Origin: an uncultured archaeon
GTDB lineage: Archaea; Asgardarchaeota; Lokiarchaeia; Sigyniarchaeales; Promethearchaeaceae
DNA length: 18,405 bases
Reading direction: 5' to 3'
Assembly (NCBI GenBank): GCA_964426185.1
Contig: CAYRPF010000068.1
Location: 1 to 18,405, forward strand
In this document: positions 1-9,368 of the stretch, piece after piece
How the letters are laid out: every line of letters starts with the position of its first letter
Position numbering within the stretch: position 1 is the first letter of the stretch
Translations under genes and position numbers: made by a program
The notes under the pieces: model-generated
The model's database searches: none
Told to the model about the DNA's origin: nothing
Seen by the model: only the letters and a program-made list of their open reading frames with translations

Positions 1-163
1 TGAAAACAGAATGTGATTTTTAGCAAAACCAAGTGGAAATTTGGAACAGAAGTTATAATTCTATGATAAATTAATAAAAAGAAATTTTAGTTGGAACTAA
101 AAAAAATGAACTTTTCGAGAAATTCTCATAGAAGGCTTTTAAGATTTTGAAATAGAATAATTT

Positions 164-1630
164 ATGGAACGAAAAAAAACCACAATGGTCATTATTTTTG
201 CAATATTCGGGTTAGCAAGTATTTCTGGGGGTATTTATCTCGGAGTTTGGAATCATGCAAATTCAACCTATGTAGACCCAATTCAAGTTTCTGGCATTTA
301 TTCCATCTCAAAACAAGAAATAAATGCAGATCATCTTCAATTAATATTGAATATTAACAATTTGGATATCAAAATATTCCCTTTACCTAAAGAATCGCCT
401 AAATGCTTTTATGCTGAATGGAATTTCAATTATACTGGTTTAGTCGCTCAGAAGAGGTTAAGCATTGACTTTTTAACCGAAACTACCTCAGAATCAATTA
501 ATATTTCTTTGAAGGACTTTAATGTAAAAATTCTTGATGAAATAGAGTTTACCATTTCAAAATTTAATATTTATATTAATCCATATCTATCTTCATATTC
601 TTTTCTATGTGAAACTAACACCACTAAAATTAAAGCACATTTCTTTAACATGACATTTGATTCATTCAAGATATCCAATCAAGTAGCAAATACATGGGTT
701 AATTTCACGGATTGTCAATTGATTGATGGAGCCAATATCTTCTCTCAAGCAGGTAGAATCTATACTGAAATGACTTATGGCAGAATTGATAACGATATGA
801 CGATTATTTCTCATGAAAAGGATATTTCCACTGATTTTTGGAATGTTAAAACCGCTCCTTATGCAAAAATCAACTTTTCTGCCCCAAAAAGTGTAGTATA
901 TCTAAAATGGATGCAACACACTCGATTAGATCATACAATCAACATTTCTGCTTTTAGTTTACTTTCGAGTGAAGCAGATATATGGATCCCATTGAATATC
1001 TGCAACTATAGACTTAATTTATATGGAGAAACGGGTCATCGCCTAGTTGGGAAGAATTTAGACCTTTATACTAATATAAGTCAACATCATATCGAATATC
1101 TTAACCCTTATTTAGGAGCTGATTGGCTTAATTTGAATTTCACCAGTCATATAGGTGACCTTAGAGTTCATATTAATCCGTGTTTTAAACCGTTACGCTA
1201 TTGCGGATCTCATCCAAATCTTGGACTTCCTGTTGAACATGTAATTAATGGAACTGTGAATTTTCACACCTCTGATCTTGAAAAATTGAAATTTGATACG
1301 GCACAGCTTGAAATAAGGAATTACTTACCTAATGTGGAATTCAATATCAAAACTTTTATTCCAGAAATGGACGACGCAAAAATCGTAGAATCTGCTTGGA
1401 ATCTTTCCTATTATACTGGAAGCGGTTTAGGATACGGAGATATCAAAGTTAAAGTTAATTTCACAATCGAAGAGTCAAAAATTGTCATGGAAATCTTTTG
1501 TAATTTTGCTTTTGATAAAATTCTACCATATTTTCCTCAACAAAAATTTGATATCATGATTAATTCCGATTTGGATTGGACTTTGCTGGATTTAAGCCCA
1601 AAAATATATGCCCCCTATCCAGATATTTGA
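164..1630 (+). CDS. Membrane-anchored, beta-rich extracellular/surface glycoprotein of unknown function
   Basis: 488-aa ORF. Basic N-terminus (MERKK) then one hydrophobic helix (VIIFAIFGLASISGGIYLGVW). The rest is rich in I/N/F/S with alternating beta-strand patterns and 13 N-X-S/T sequons counted by eye. Confidence 0.75.
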   Translation: MERKKTTMVIIFAIFGLASISGGIYLGVWNHANSTYVDPIQVSGIYSISKQEINADHLQLILNINNLDIKIFPLPKESPKCFYAEWNFNYTGLVAQKRLSIDFLTETTSESINISLKDFNVKILDEIEFTISKFNIYINPYLSSYSFLCETNTTKIKAHFFNMTFDSFKISNQVANTWVNFTDCQLIDGANIFSQAGRIYTEMTYGRIDNDMTIISHEKDISTDFWNVKTAPYAKINFSAPKSVVYLKWMQHTRLDHTINISAFSLLSSEADIWIPLNICNYRLNLYGETGHRLVGKNLDLYTNISQHHIEYLNPYLGADWLNLNFTSHIGDLRVHINPCFKPLRYCGSHPNLGLPVEHVINGTVNFHTSDLEKLKFDTAQLEIRNYLPNVEFNIKTFIPEMDDAKIVESAWNLSYYTGSGLGYGDIKVKVNFTIEESKIVMEIFCNFAFDKILPYFPQQKFDIMINSDLDWTLLDLSPKIYAPYPDI

Positions 1631-1695
1631 AGATAAATGCGGTTATAATGAAGAAAAAAGATGAAGATGAAATAGAAGTAGAAAAAAAACTCGAT

Positions 1696-2271
1696 TTAAT
1701 TTAAGATTTCACCCTCGGGCGGCTGCGGGAAGCCGCGATGCAAAATCTTACGCAGTGTCTCCAAACGATCCTCGTTCACATTCGGATCTATCTCCTCAAT
1801 AAAGATCGCTCCCTTCGGACAATATTCTACGCACTGTGGCTCTCCATAACTGGTACTCGTGCACATATCACACATTATCGCCTTCTTATTTTTCGTATGC
1901 ACCGTTATCGCACCGAAGGGGCAACTTCTTACGCATGCCCCACAACCATCACATTTGGATTGGTCAACTTCCAAAATACCCGTTTCCAAGTTTTTGGTAA
2001 TGGCGCTCAACGGGCATGCTTTCACGCACTCAGGATCGTAGCAAGAGACACAACTGATGCTTGAATTTATCACCGGTTCAATCCGAACCCGGTGGATACG
2101 GGAATTCATCGGGTTGAATACTCCATCATGAACCATACCACATACTGATTCACAAATTTCACAACCGGTACAGCGGACGGGATCGACTACTAGAATCTTG
2201 TGCACGATGGCGGCGGTGTCGGGTTTGGCTGATTCGTTATTTTTTACGGATTTATTTACTTTTGTTGCCAT
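1696..2271 (-). CDS. 4x[4Fe-4S] electron-transfer subunit (DmsB/AorA/WOR small-subunit type), partner of the adjacent AOR
   Basis: Motifs CTGCEICESVC, CVSCYDPECVKACP, CDGCGACVRSCP and CDMC...CVEYCP. Lies 10 nt downstream of the AOR stop. SD AGGTGA precedes the ATG. Confidence 0.9.
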   Translation of the reverse strand: MATKVNKSVKNNESAKPDTAAIVHKILVVDPVRCTGCEICESVCGMVHDGVFNPMNSRIHRVRIEPVINSSISCVSCYDPECVKACPLSAITKNLETGILEVDQSKCDGCGACVRSCPFGAITVHTKNKKAIMCDMCTSTSYGEPQCVEYCPKGAIFIEEIDPNVNEDRLETLRKILHRGFPQPPEGEILN

Positions 2272-2281
2272 GTTTACTCAC

Positions 2282-4168
2282 CTAAATTTTCCCAATTACG
2301 AAATTCAAGCCTCTGGCTTTAAGTGTTTCAGGGGTGGGAATTCCTTTTTCATCCCAGCCGCGGGCGAGATAATATTGCCTTATACCTTCACGGAATCCGG
2401 CTTCATCGTTGTACCAACCTTTGGTGGGTCCATCAAAATTGGGTTCATGGAAGTTGCGCCACGGAAGGGTGTCCTCACTGGCTGGTTCTATCCCTTCGAA
2501 TTGACATTCCCGGATATTAAAACATTTGGCAAGGTCGTGAATGCGATGCCCGGCCATTTCGATCTCATCTCCCGTCATGGGAATTCCGGTTACCATTTCA
2601 TAAACTTCTGCAATTTCCGGTAATCCTCGATGATAAATACCACGGGTAAATTTGCAAACCACCAGTGAATCAATAACTGCCATAAAAGCATCCTGACCAG
2701 CTAAAGCTATACCCCGTTTATCGAGTTCATCATATTTCTTGCGGTCAAACTTCTTTTTCATATCATAACCGTATGAGCCGTTTCGAAGATGGCAAGCACC
2801 GCGCAGAGAGACAGCAAATCCAATTGAAGCAGTGGATAATCCTTTCAATTCATAACCAGGAATACCTAATCCTTTAATTTCACATGAGAATTTCCATGCA
2901 TCTCCGCCTAATTTTTTAGCTGCATCGCGTGATCCATCAGCTAATAAATCACCGGCTGGGGTTGCGCGCAAGCACATATCCTCAATCATTTGGACTGCTG
3001 CTTTATAATCGCCCCATTGAAGCCCATTTTTATAGACAGAGTTGTTTCCCAGCATTTCTTTGGTGATATATCCCTTTTCATAGGCTTCCATAGCAAAACC
3101 CAAGGTAGTTCCACCTGACATGGTGTCTATGCCCATCCGGTCGCATATTTCCACCATTTTTATCAAGGCAGGGAAATGATCGATAAGACACACCGATCCT
3201 AAGGCGTAAATACTCTCATAATCTACACTTGAGACAATATTGGGATAATCAGGATCGTCGGGTTTGGTAGCACAGAGATGATCGCAAGCAATAGGGCACT
3301 GGCTACAACCTGTTTTCTTAACCACCCATTTTTCATCCATAGTTTCACCGGAAATTGCATCCGCTTTATCCCAATAGCCGGTTTGGAAATTCTTTACGGG
3401 TAAAACCCCTAAATCATTAAATTTCATTACGTTAATCGGCGTGCCCAAATCACGATACTTTAGGGTATCTTTTCCATTGGAGAGTTGGATTAATTCTTTG
3501 GCTTTTACCATAAATTCATCCGGTTTGGCAATCTTGATGGGTTTGGTTCCTCGAAATGCCATAGCTTTCACATTTTTAGAGCCCATTACCGCACCCAGAC
3601 CAGTTCGACCAGCTTGTCGAGCACGGTCGTTTGTAATACACGCCAATTTTGCCAATTTTTCTCCTGCTTGGCCGATACCCATTACAGAAATACGGTGATC
3701 GCCAAACATGTTCCGAATTTCTTCTTCTACAGTCCAAATATCCCTTCCCCATAAAGTATCTTTGCAAGGTATTATGTTTATCGCATCATCATCAAAGAAG
3801 ATGAAAACCGGCTCCGGTGCCTTACCGGTCAAAATGATCATATCGATCCCGGCTCGGCGCATTTGGGCTCCACATGAACCGGAACTGATGGCAAAACCGA
3901 TTCGATTTGTAAGTGGTGATTTTGCCCCTACACAGTATTTTGAAGAGGTTGGCACGATAGTTCCAGGAAAAGGTCCAATTGCCATTACAAAAGGATTGCG
4001 CGGATCAAAAGGATTGACACCTTTTGGGCATTCATCCCATAAAATTTTAGTTACGAATCCATATCCTCCGATGTAGTTCTTGCAGAATTCCTTATCTAAG
4101 GTTTCCTTCTTAGTCTCACCGGTCGTTAGATTGATTCGCACACACGTTTGAGTATAAGCTTCTACCAT
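2282..4168 (-). CDS. aor: Tungsten-containing aldehyde:ferredoxin oxidoreductase (AOR/WOR family), catalytic subunit
   Basis: Family motifs AKSPLT, GRTGLGAVMGSKNVKA, CSQCPIAC, DYESIYALG, DRMGIDTMS, RGACHL and YYLARGWDEKGIPTPETL. SD GGGTGA upstream. Confidence 0.93.
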   Translation of the reverse strand: MVEAYTQTCVRINLTTGETKKETLDKEFCKNYIGGYGFVTKILWDECPKGVNPFDPRNPFVMAIGPFPGTIVPTSSKYCVGAKSPLTNRIGFAISSGSCGAQMRRAGIDMIILTGKAPEPVFIFFDDDAINIIPCKDTLWGRDIWTVEEEIRNMFGDHRISVMGIGQAGEKLAKLACITNDRARQAGRTGLGAVMGSKNVKAMAFRGTKPIKIAKPDEFMVKAKELIQLSNGKDTLKYRDLGTPINVMKFNDLGVLPVKNFQTGYWDKADAISGETMDEKWVVKKTGCSQCPIACDHLCATKPDDPDYPNIVSSVDYESIYALGSVCLIDHFPALIKMVEICDRMGIDTMSGGTTLGFAMEAYEKGYITKEMLGNNSVYKNGLQWGDYKAAVQMIEDMCLRATPAGDLLADGSRDAAKKLGGDAWKFSCEIKGLGIPGYELKGLSTASIGFAVSLRGACHLRNGSYGYDMKKKFDRKKYDELDKRGIALAGQDAFMAVIDSLVVCKFTRGIYHRGLPEIAEVYEMVTGIPMTGDEIEMAGHRIHDLAKCFNIRECQFEGIEPASEDTLPWRNFHEPNFDGPTKGWYNDEAGFREGIRQYYLARGWDEKGIPTPETLKARGLNFVIGKI

Positions 4169-4290
4169 TGTATTTCACCCAGTTTATGTTGGTTGTAACA
4201 ATATCTCCTATTATTTGATTTTCAATTAACTTATTTTAAATTGGTTGATTTGAAGTGAATTTAAATCTTTTACTAAGATTAAAGTAAAGA

Positions 4291-5370
4291 TTAAAATCTG
4301 TTATTCATGCCGAAAAATATTCTTTCACCATTATAGTGGTCAATTAGTGCCAAAATCATGTCTTTCACATTTTTTTTCAGCACAGGTCCAAAATCTTCAG
4401 GCTTTAAGTATGATTGAGCCTTTAAACGCTCGCGAGCTTCGGCTTCAACTTTATCACTCAAAATCCATGCGGGCATGTTTTTCTTCACCCATTCTCGAAG
4501 ATGTTCAGTGTTTAATTTTTTAATTTGTTCAGGGACCAGTTCCCGTAATTTTTCCAAAAGATTTTGGATATAATCCATACTGAAAGGTTCTTCCCCGCTC
4601 AAAGCCTTAAATATATCTTCTAAATAGGCTTCCCGGTTAAATGTGTCTAAAGACGAAATAATGGTCTTCAAGCTAACTTCCAAGAATTCTTCTGGAATAA
4701 TTTGTTCCTTGTTTAATATGGCCATTGTTAAATAATAATTAAGTTGCATGACTTTTCGATTATCCCAGAATTCCTTACCGAGTGGATCCATATTTTTGAT
4801 TTTATCTACGATTTTATCTACCATAGAATTAACGGTTTTTTCATCGGGATTATCTAAATTCAAGGCAATAACATTATGAAGTTGACCTACTTGAGATTTT
4901 ATAGTTGGTGGATTTTTTTCCAATATTTCCATCAATGTTTTTATGTTCTGATCATTCAACTCGAGAATTAGAAGGTTATTATGGGGATAGAAACCAAGTT
5001 GAAGTAAAAACCGTTTAAATTCTGGATCTTCAGGAGAATCGATGGATATTTGGGCAATATCAGATAAACCGAAATATTCTAACAATCGGACAAATACATA
5101 AGCTAATATATTCCGATAAATATGCGATTTGTTCAATCCTGTAGGTCCAAAATGTAATTCATTCTCCCTGCGTTCGATGCCTACAAACATACCGATATGA
5201 ATATCATTTGCATAAATATCAATGATTTCAGTGGTAGTTTTACGTGGGCGTTTGGTTATTTTCAGCGTTTCCTTATCGCCGAAATTTATTTCAATAGGAA
5301 AGTATTCCCGAGTATGGAAAAATTTCGACGTCAACGCGTTAGGTTCTGCAGTTATTTTTCGACACCTCAA
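4291..5370 (-). CDS. Hypothetical protein: possible degenerate GNAT-like N-terminal domain plus helical C-terminal region; start codon uncertain
   Basis: 359-aa ORF with a TTG start. The segment ELHFGPTGLNKSHIYRNILAYVFVRLLEYF...ISIDSPEDPEFKRFLLQLGF has the GNAT motif A/B layout but lacks the R/Q-x-x-G-x-G glycines. Confidence 0.55.
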   Translation of the reverse strand: MRCRKITAEPNALTSKFFHTREYFPIEINFGDKETLKITKRPRKTTTEIIDIYANDIHIGMFVGIERRENELHFGPTGLNKSHIYRNILAYVFVRLLEYFGLSDIAQISIDSPEDPEFKRFLLQLGFYPHNNLLILELNDQNIKTLMEILEKNPPTIKSQVGQLHNVIALNLDNPDEKTVNSMVDKIVDKIKNMDPLGKEFWDNRKVMQLNYYLTMAILNKEQIIPEEFLEVSLKTIISSLDTFNREAYLEDIFKALSGEEPFSMDYIQNLLEKLRELVPEQIKKLNTEHLREWVKKNMPAWILSDKVEAEARERLKAQSYLKPEDFGPVLKKNVKDMILALIDHYNGERIFFGMNNRF

Positions 5371-5631
5371 ATCCGTTTCGTGAGTGAAGAATAGATATCA
5401 CTCATTCAATTATATCTAGTAAAATATGTAATACTATTAGAATTTTTATTTGTGCTTTTTATAAAGAGCTTGCACACTTTTTTTGGGAAGAATAATGAAA
5501 AAGGCAAAAAAAAAGGGAAATTTTCTTTATAATCCCCACTGAACAATTTGAATATAAGAATCTTGGTAATCTGAATGAATTTTTAGATATACCAAAAAAA
5601 AAAGGATAATTCTCGCTTCAATTTCTGGATT

Positions 5632-6096
5632 TTACTTTTTTTTTTTTATGGGATTTGGCCCTATCTTTTTTAATATATCCACGTACTCTTTTACAATCTC
5701 GGTAAGTTCGGCACCCTCACTGGCGGAAATATGCCTTAACCACACCCGATTGGGATTAAAACCGTATTGCTCGATTAATTTCACTAAAACCGGCATTCGG
5801 CGTACTGTTTTATGATTGCCATTTACATAATGACAATCTCCTATATGACAAGCTCCAATCAACACGCCGTCTGCTCCGAGTTTTAGGGCTTCTATTACCA
5901 TTTCCGGTTCCACTCGACCGCTGCACATCACCCGCATGACTCGCAGGTTGGGTGGCCTTTGCATCCGCGAAGTTCCAGCTTGATCACAACCAGTATAAGT
6001 GCACCAGTTACAAAAGATGCCTAAAATGAAGGGTTCGTAATCTTGATTTTTTTCCGAATGTGCATTTTCTGCTCCGTTTACAATAGTTTCTACCAT
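5632..6096 (-). CDS. mvhD: MvhD [2Fe-2S] subunit (hydrogenase/Hdr linker), 154 aa
   Basis: Motifs FCNWCTY, RVMCSGRV, GADGVLIGACHIGDCHY and ISASEG. I moved the start from the ORF-track 6213 to the ATG at 6096, which follows SD AGGAGG and lies 2 nt after the hdrA stop (TAATAATG). Confidence 0.93.
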   Translation of the reverse strand: MVETIVNGAENAHSEKNQDYEPFILGIFCNWCTYTGCDQAGTSRMQRPPNLRVMRVMCSGRVEPEMVIEALKLGADGVLIGACHIGDCHYVNGNHKTVRRMPVLVKLIEQYGFNPNRVWLRHISASEGAELTEIVKEYVDILKKIGPNPIKKKK

Positions 6097-6098
6097 TA

Positions 6099-8108
6099 TT
6101 ATTTGCCTCCTAAAACACCTTGAATTATGGCCATAAGCTGCTTGGTGGTAAAATGATTCTGCATGATAGCCTCCGAGGGACAAGTAGAAACGCAAGTACC
6201 GCAGCCTTTGCACTTAATTGGATTAATGTTGGCAATATTCAGCACTTGGTCAAACGTAATGGCACCAAATGGGCATTGATTTATGCAAGATCGGCAGCCT
6301 GAACAGAGACCTGGTTGCACTATGGAGAAATATGGATCAACTTCAACTTCACCCTTTGCCATCAATATTGCAGCTCCCGCCGCTGCGCCTTTTGCTTGAG
6401 ACACTGCATCTGGGATATCCTTAGGACCTTGCGCGGTTCCAGCAATAAAAATACCATCGGTAAGGGAATCTACCGGCCGCAGCTTGGGATGAGCTTCCAT
6501 GAAGAATCCATCAGAAGATTTTTGAATGGCCAATAAAGAAGCAATTTGATCCGAGTCTTGGGTAATCTCCAAGCCAATGGAGAGAACTACCATATCCACA
6601 TTCAACTCAATTGGTTGACTTAAGAAAGTATCTTCAGCTCGAATAAGCAGGGATTTATCGGGATTTTCTTGGATTTCTGCCAAGCGACCCCGCATAAATT
6701 TAATTCCAAAATTATGCCCGGCTGATTCGTAAAATTCTTCATAACCTTTCCCGAAAGCGCGAATATCCATATAAAAAATATAACACTGAGCCTCGGGGTG
6801 TTTTTCTTTGTACTGCCGAGCTTGCTTTATGGCATACATGCAGCAAACTCGACTACAATAAGGATGATAGCCTTCGCGCGTATCCCTACTTCCTACACAT
6901 TGAACCCACACAATTGATTTTGGGGAAGTTCCATCTGAAGGCCGTACAGGATGCCCTAAATTCGGTCCGGTGCTGCTTAGATTCCGTTCCATTTCCAAAC
7001 CGGTAATCACGTTGTCAAAGCGACCATAACCATAATTTCCTAAGTTTGTCGGGTCAATAGGATCGTATCCCGTTGCCACAATGATGGTACCAACTTCAAT
7101 TGTATCGATTTCATCTTGATCATTAAAATTAATGGCTTGTGGTTCGCATACAGTAGTTTGTGCGCAGATACCGCACTTTATACAAGCATCCATATCTATG
7201 GTATACAATCCAGGAACGGCTTGCGGAAACGCAATGTAGATGGCTTTTCTGGGACTTAAGCCTAAATCGAACTTATTTCCAACCAAAACTGGACAATGAA
7301 GTGAGCATTCTCCACAACCTGTGCATTTGCCTTGGTCCACGTAGTGGGCTTTTCGGCGGATTTTCACTTCAAAATTTCCTACAAAGCCATCGACCGATTC
7401 CAGTTCAGAATAGGCCATTATAGTAATATTAGGATGACGGGATACGTCGACCATTTTTGGAGTGAGAATGCAAGAAGAACAGTCCATGGTGGGGAAAGTT
7501 TTATCCAACTGAGCCATGTGGCCACCGATAGTGGCATCTTTCTCAAGTAAATAGACTTGAAATCCTTGATCGGCCAAATCGAGAGCAGTATTTATCCCAG
7601 AAATTCCAGCGCCTATGATCAATGCCGATGGGCGTACCATTACTTTCTGAGGTTTAAGGGCTTTCAACTCACGGGCTTTAGAAACTTGCATGCGAATATG
7701 ATCTTGAGCAATTACTTGAGCACCAGCTGATTCATACATATTAACCCATGTGGCGTGCTCACGAATGTTTGCTTGCACGAAATAGAATGGATTCAGCCCA
7801 TTTTCTAATAGCACGCGACGGAAGGTAGTTTCATGCATTCTAGGACTGCAAGCGGCGACTACTACCCGGTTAACTAAGCCGTCACGAATATCCCGGCCAA
7901 TTTCCGCTTGACCATTATCCGAGCAGTAGAATTTATATTGACGCACTACGACCACGTTCGGTAGGGTTTTAGCATAGGCCACCACTTCATCTACATTGAT
8001 AACCCCAGCTATATTAACCCCACAATGGCAGACATAGACTCCGATGCGAATGTCTTTGGATTCGGGAAATGAAGCGGGAGATACATCGGTTGTTTGAGAT
8101 TTACTCAT
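6099..8108 (-). CDS. hdrA: Heterodisulfide reductase subunit A (electron-bifurcating flavoprotein), all-Cys form
   Basis: GVYVCHCGVNI, AACSPR, FAD motif IIGAGISG, DKTFPTMDCSSCIL, QCVGSRD, YCSRVCCMYAIK, and inserted plus C-terminal 2x[4Fe-4S] ferredoxin domains. Confidence 0.96.
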   Translation of the reverse strand: MSKSQTTDVSPASFPESKDIRIGVYVCHCGVNIAGVINVDEVVAYAKTLPNVVVVRQYKFYCSDNGQAEIGRDIRDGLVNRVVVAACSPRMHETTFRRVLLENGLNPFYFVQANIREHATWVNMYESAGAQVIAQDHIRMQVSKARELKALKPQKVMVRPSALIIGAGISGINTALDLADQGFQVYLLEKDATIGGHMAQLDKTFPTMDCSSCILTPKMVDVSRHPNITIMAYSELESVDGFVGNFEVKIRRKAHYVDQGKCTGCGECSLHCPVLVGNKFDLGLSPRKAIYIAFPQAVPGLYTIDMDACIKCGICAQTTVCEPQAINFNDQDEIDTIEVGTIIVATGYDPIDPTNLGNYGYGRFDNVITGLEMERNLSSTGPNLGHPVRPSDGTSPKSIVWVQCVGSRDTREGYHPYCSRVCCMYAIKQARQYKEKHPEAQCYIFYMDIRAFGKGYEEFYESAGHNFGIKFMRGRLAEIQENPDKSLLIRAEDTFLSQPIELNVDMVVLSIGLEITQDSDQIASLLAIQKSSDGFFMEAHPKLRPVDSLTDGIFIAGTAQGPKDIPDAVSQAKGAAAGAAILMAKGEVEVDPYFSIVQPGLCSGCRSCINQCPFGAITFDQVLNIANINPIKCKGCGTCVSTCPSEAIMQNHFTTKQLMAIIQGVLGGK

Positions 8109-8282
8109 ATTATTTTCAACTTTTTTGAATTTTATTATATTTTTCTGGATTATTGGACCAGATAGCTAAATTTACGAGTGGATTGAAAAATTTTGATTGA
8201 TTTATATGATTTTAATTTTATTTTTAAATTTGATTGAAATTTAATAATTTGATTTTTGGTTTGATTTAATAATTTTGATGCA

Positions 8283-9074
8283 TCATTCAGCAGATTTTTT
8301 ACGAGATCTACGGCTGGTCTTGCGTATTGAGGTTTTTTTTACCTTAGATTTCTTTTTAGAAGCGGTTTTACCCTTGTTTTTTTTTTCTGTTTGTTTAGCT
8401 AATTTTTCGGTTGGTTGCTTTTTGGTTGCTTTTTTTTCTGATTTTTCTACAGTTTTTTCTGCTTTTTTTTCCCCAGGCTTTTCCATTGATTTTTTTTCTG
8501 GATTTTCCTTTGATTTTTCCACTTCCTTCGGTTCCCAGCCTACCAACTTGTCAAATTCAGTGGAACGCATCAGCTCTTGAATATCATGTACCGCCTCTGG
8601 ATGACTATGCGTCGTTGGGGGTATATCGGGTAAACCATAGACGGCTCGTAAATTGCTCCAGTTATTGGGTTCTCCCCCTTTTTTCGTTCCCAAAGGAACT
8701 CCATGACCAGTATCTGCCAAAATATGGGTAACTGCTTTATGTGGGGGTTTCATGTAACCTCGTTGACTGGCTAGATTACGTAACATAATAATTATATCGG
8801 TCACTGGAATGTGGCGCGGACATCGTTCAAAGCAAGTATAACAGGTAGAGCATAACCAGATATCATCGGACGAGAGCACCTCTTCCAAACCCAGCACCGC
8901 TTTGCGGATAATCTGTCTGGTTCGAATAGCCGTTCTGCGACCCGATGGACAACCGCCAGTGCATGTTCCACATTGGAAACAAGCGCGAACGAAAGCGAGT
9001 GCTTCATCTTTTACGAGTTTTTCGGTGATGGTATCAGAAATGTGAAGAATTTGGCTTCTTTGAATTTTTTCCAT
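8283..9074 (-). CDS. hdrC: Heterodisulfide reductase subunit C with an 83-aa Lys-rich C-terminal tail
   Basis: CFQCGTCTGGCPSGRRT, IWLCSTCYTCFERCPR and TGHGVP...PPTTHS are methanogen-type HdrC motifs. Preferred start is the ATG at 9074 (GAGGG upstream); the ORF-track TTG at 9107 is the alternative. Confidence 0.92.
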   Translation of the reverse strand: MEKIQRSQILHISDTITEKLVKDEALAFVRACFQCGTCTGGCPSGRRTAIRTRQIIRKAVLGLEEVLSSDDIWLCSTCYTCFERCPRHIPVTDIIIMLRNLASQRGYMKPPHKAVTHILADTGHGVPLGTKKGGEPNNWSNLRAVYGLPDIPPTTHSHPEAVHDIQELMRSTEFDKLVGWEPKEVEKSKENPEKKSMEKPGEKKAEKTVEKSEKKATKKQPTEKLAKQTEKKNKGKTASKKKSKVKKTSIRKTSRRSRKKSAE

Positions 9075-9323
9075 ATATTGTCCCTCGATACTGCGTATTC
9101 CCGCCAATTTCGAGTAATATTAATAGAGCGGGTAGAATTTCATTCCATGATGTTAAACTTACATGTAATGAAAATCGAGATTCGATGGTGTAGTGTTGAA
9201 CGCCAGATATAAAAAGCTTAATTTATTCAACTTAGTGAAAAGATTGAGAAAGATCCAAAAATCTATCAAAATAGCTGATTTAAAATAAATTTGTTAAAAA
9301 AGTATCATAAGACGCACGTAAAT

Positions 9324-9368
9324 AGGAGGAATAATCATGGCAAGGAGGAATAATCATGGCATTATTCC
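9324..9368 (+). repeat. Perfect 19-bp tandem duplication (AGGAGGAATAATCATGGCA x2) with an overlapping 8-bp hairpin
   Basis: Copies at 9324-9342 and 9343-9361. GGAATAAT (9347-9354) pairs with ATTATTCC (9361-9368). Each copy is SD + 7 nt + ATG. Confidence 0.9.

Noticed and set aside
1738-4076. Short ORFs overlapping the AOR and ferredoxin genes (mostly antisense)
   Set aside because: Shadow frames of well-supported genes with no motifs. The same applies to the short ORFs overlapping hdrA, hdrB, AKR, FTR1, htpG and the MTase.
6097-6213. 39-aa N-terminal extension of MvhD in the ORF track
   Set aside because: It overlaps hdrA. The ATG at 6096 has a strong SD and gives a typical MvhD length.
5632-8108. 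Selenocysteine recoding in HdrA/MvhD, which are known selenoproteins in Lokiarchaeota and Methanococcales
   Set aside because: Both frames are open, with Cys at the ligand positions and no in-frame TGA. I saw no convincing SECIS downstream.
8244-8285. TGA-TGC at the hdrC end read as a Sec-Cys readthrough
   Set aside because: It follows a low-complexity tail, would add only a short AT-rich extension, and has no redox-motif context or SECIS.
8275-8731. Phe-rich, membrane-protein-looking plus-strand ORFs
   Set aside because: They are the antisense reading of the Lys (AAA) codons in the HdrC tail.
9324-9361. CRISPR array
   Set aside because: Only two directly abutting 19-bp copies, with no spacers and no cas genes.
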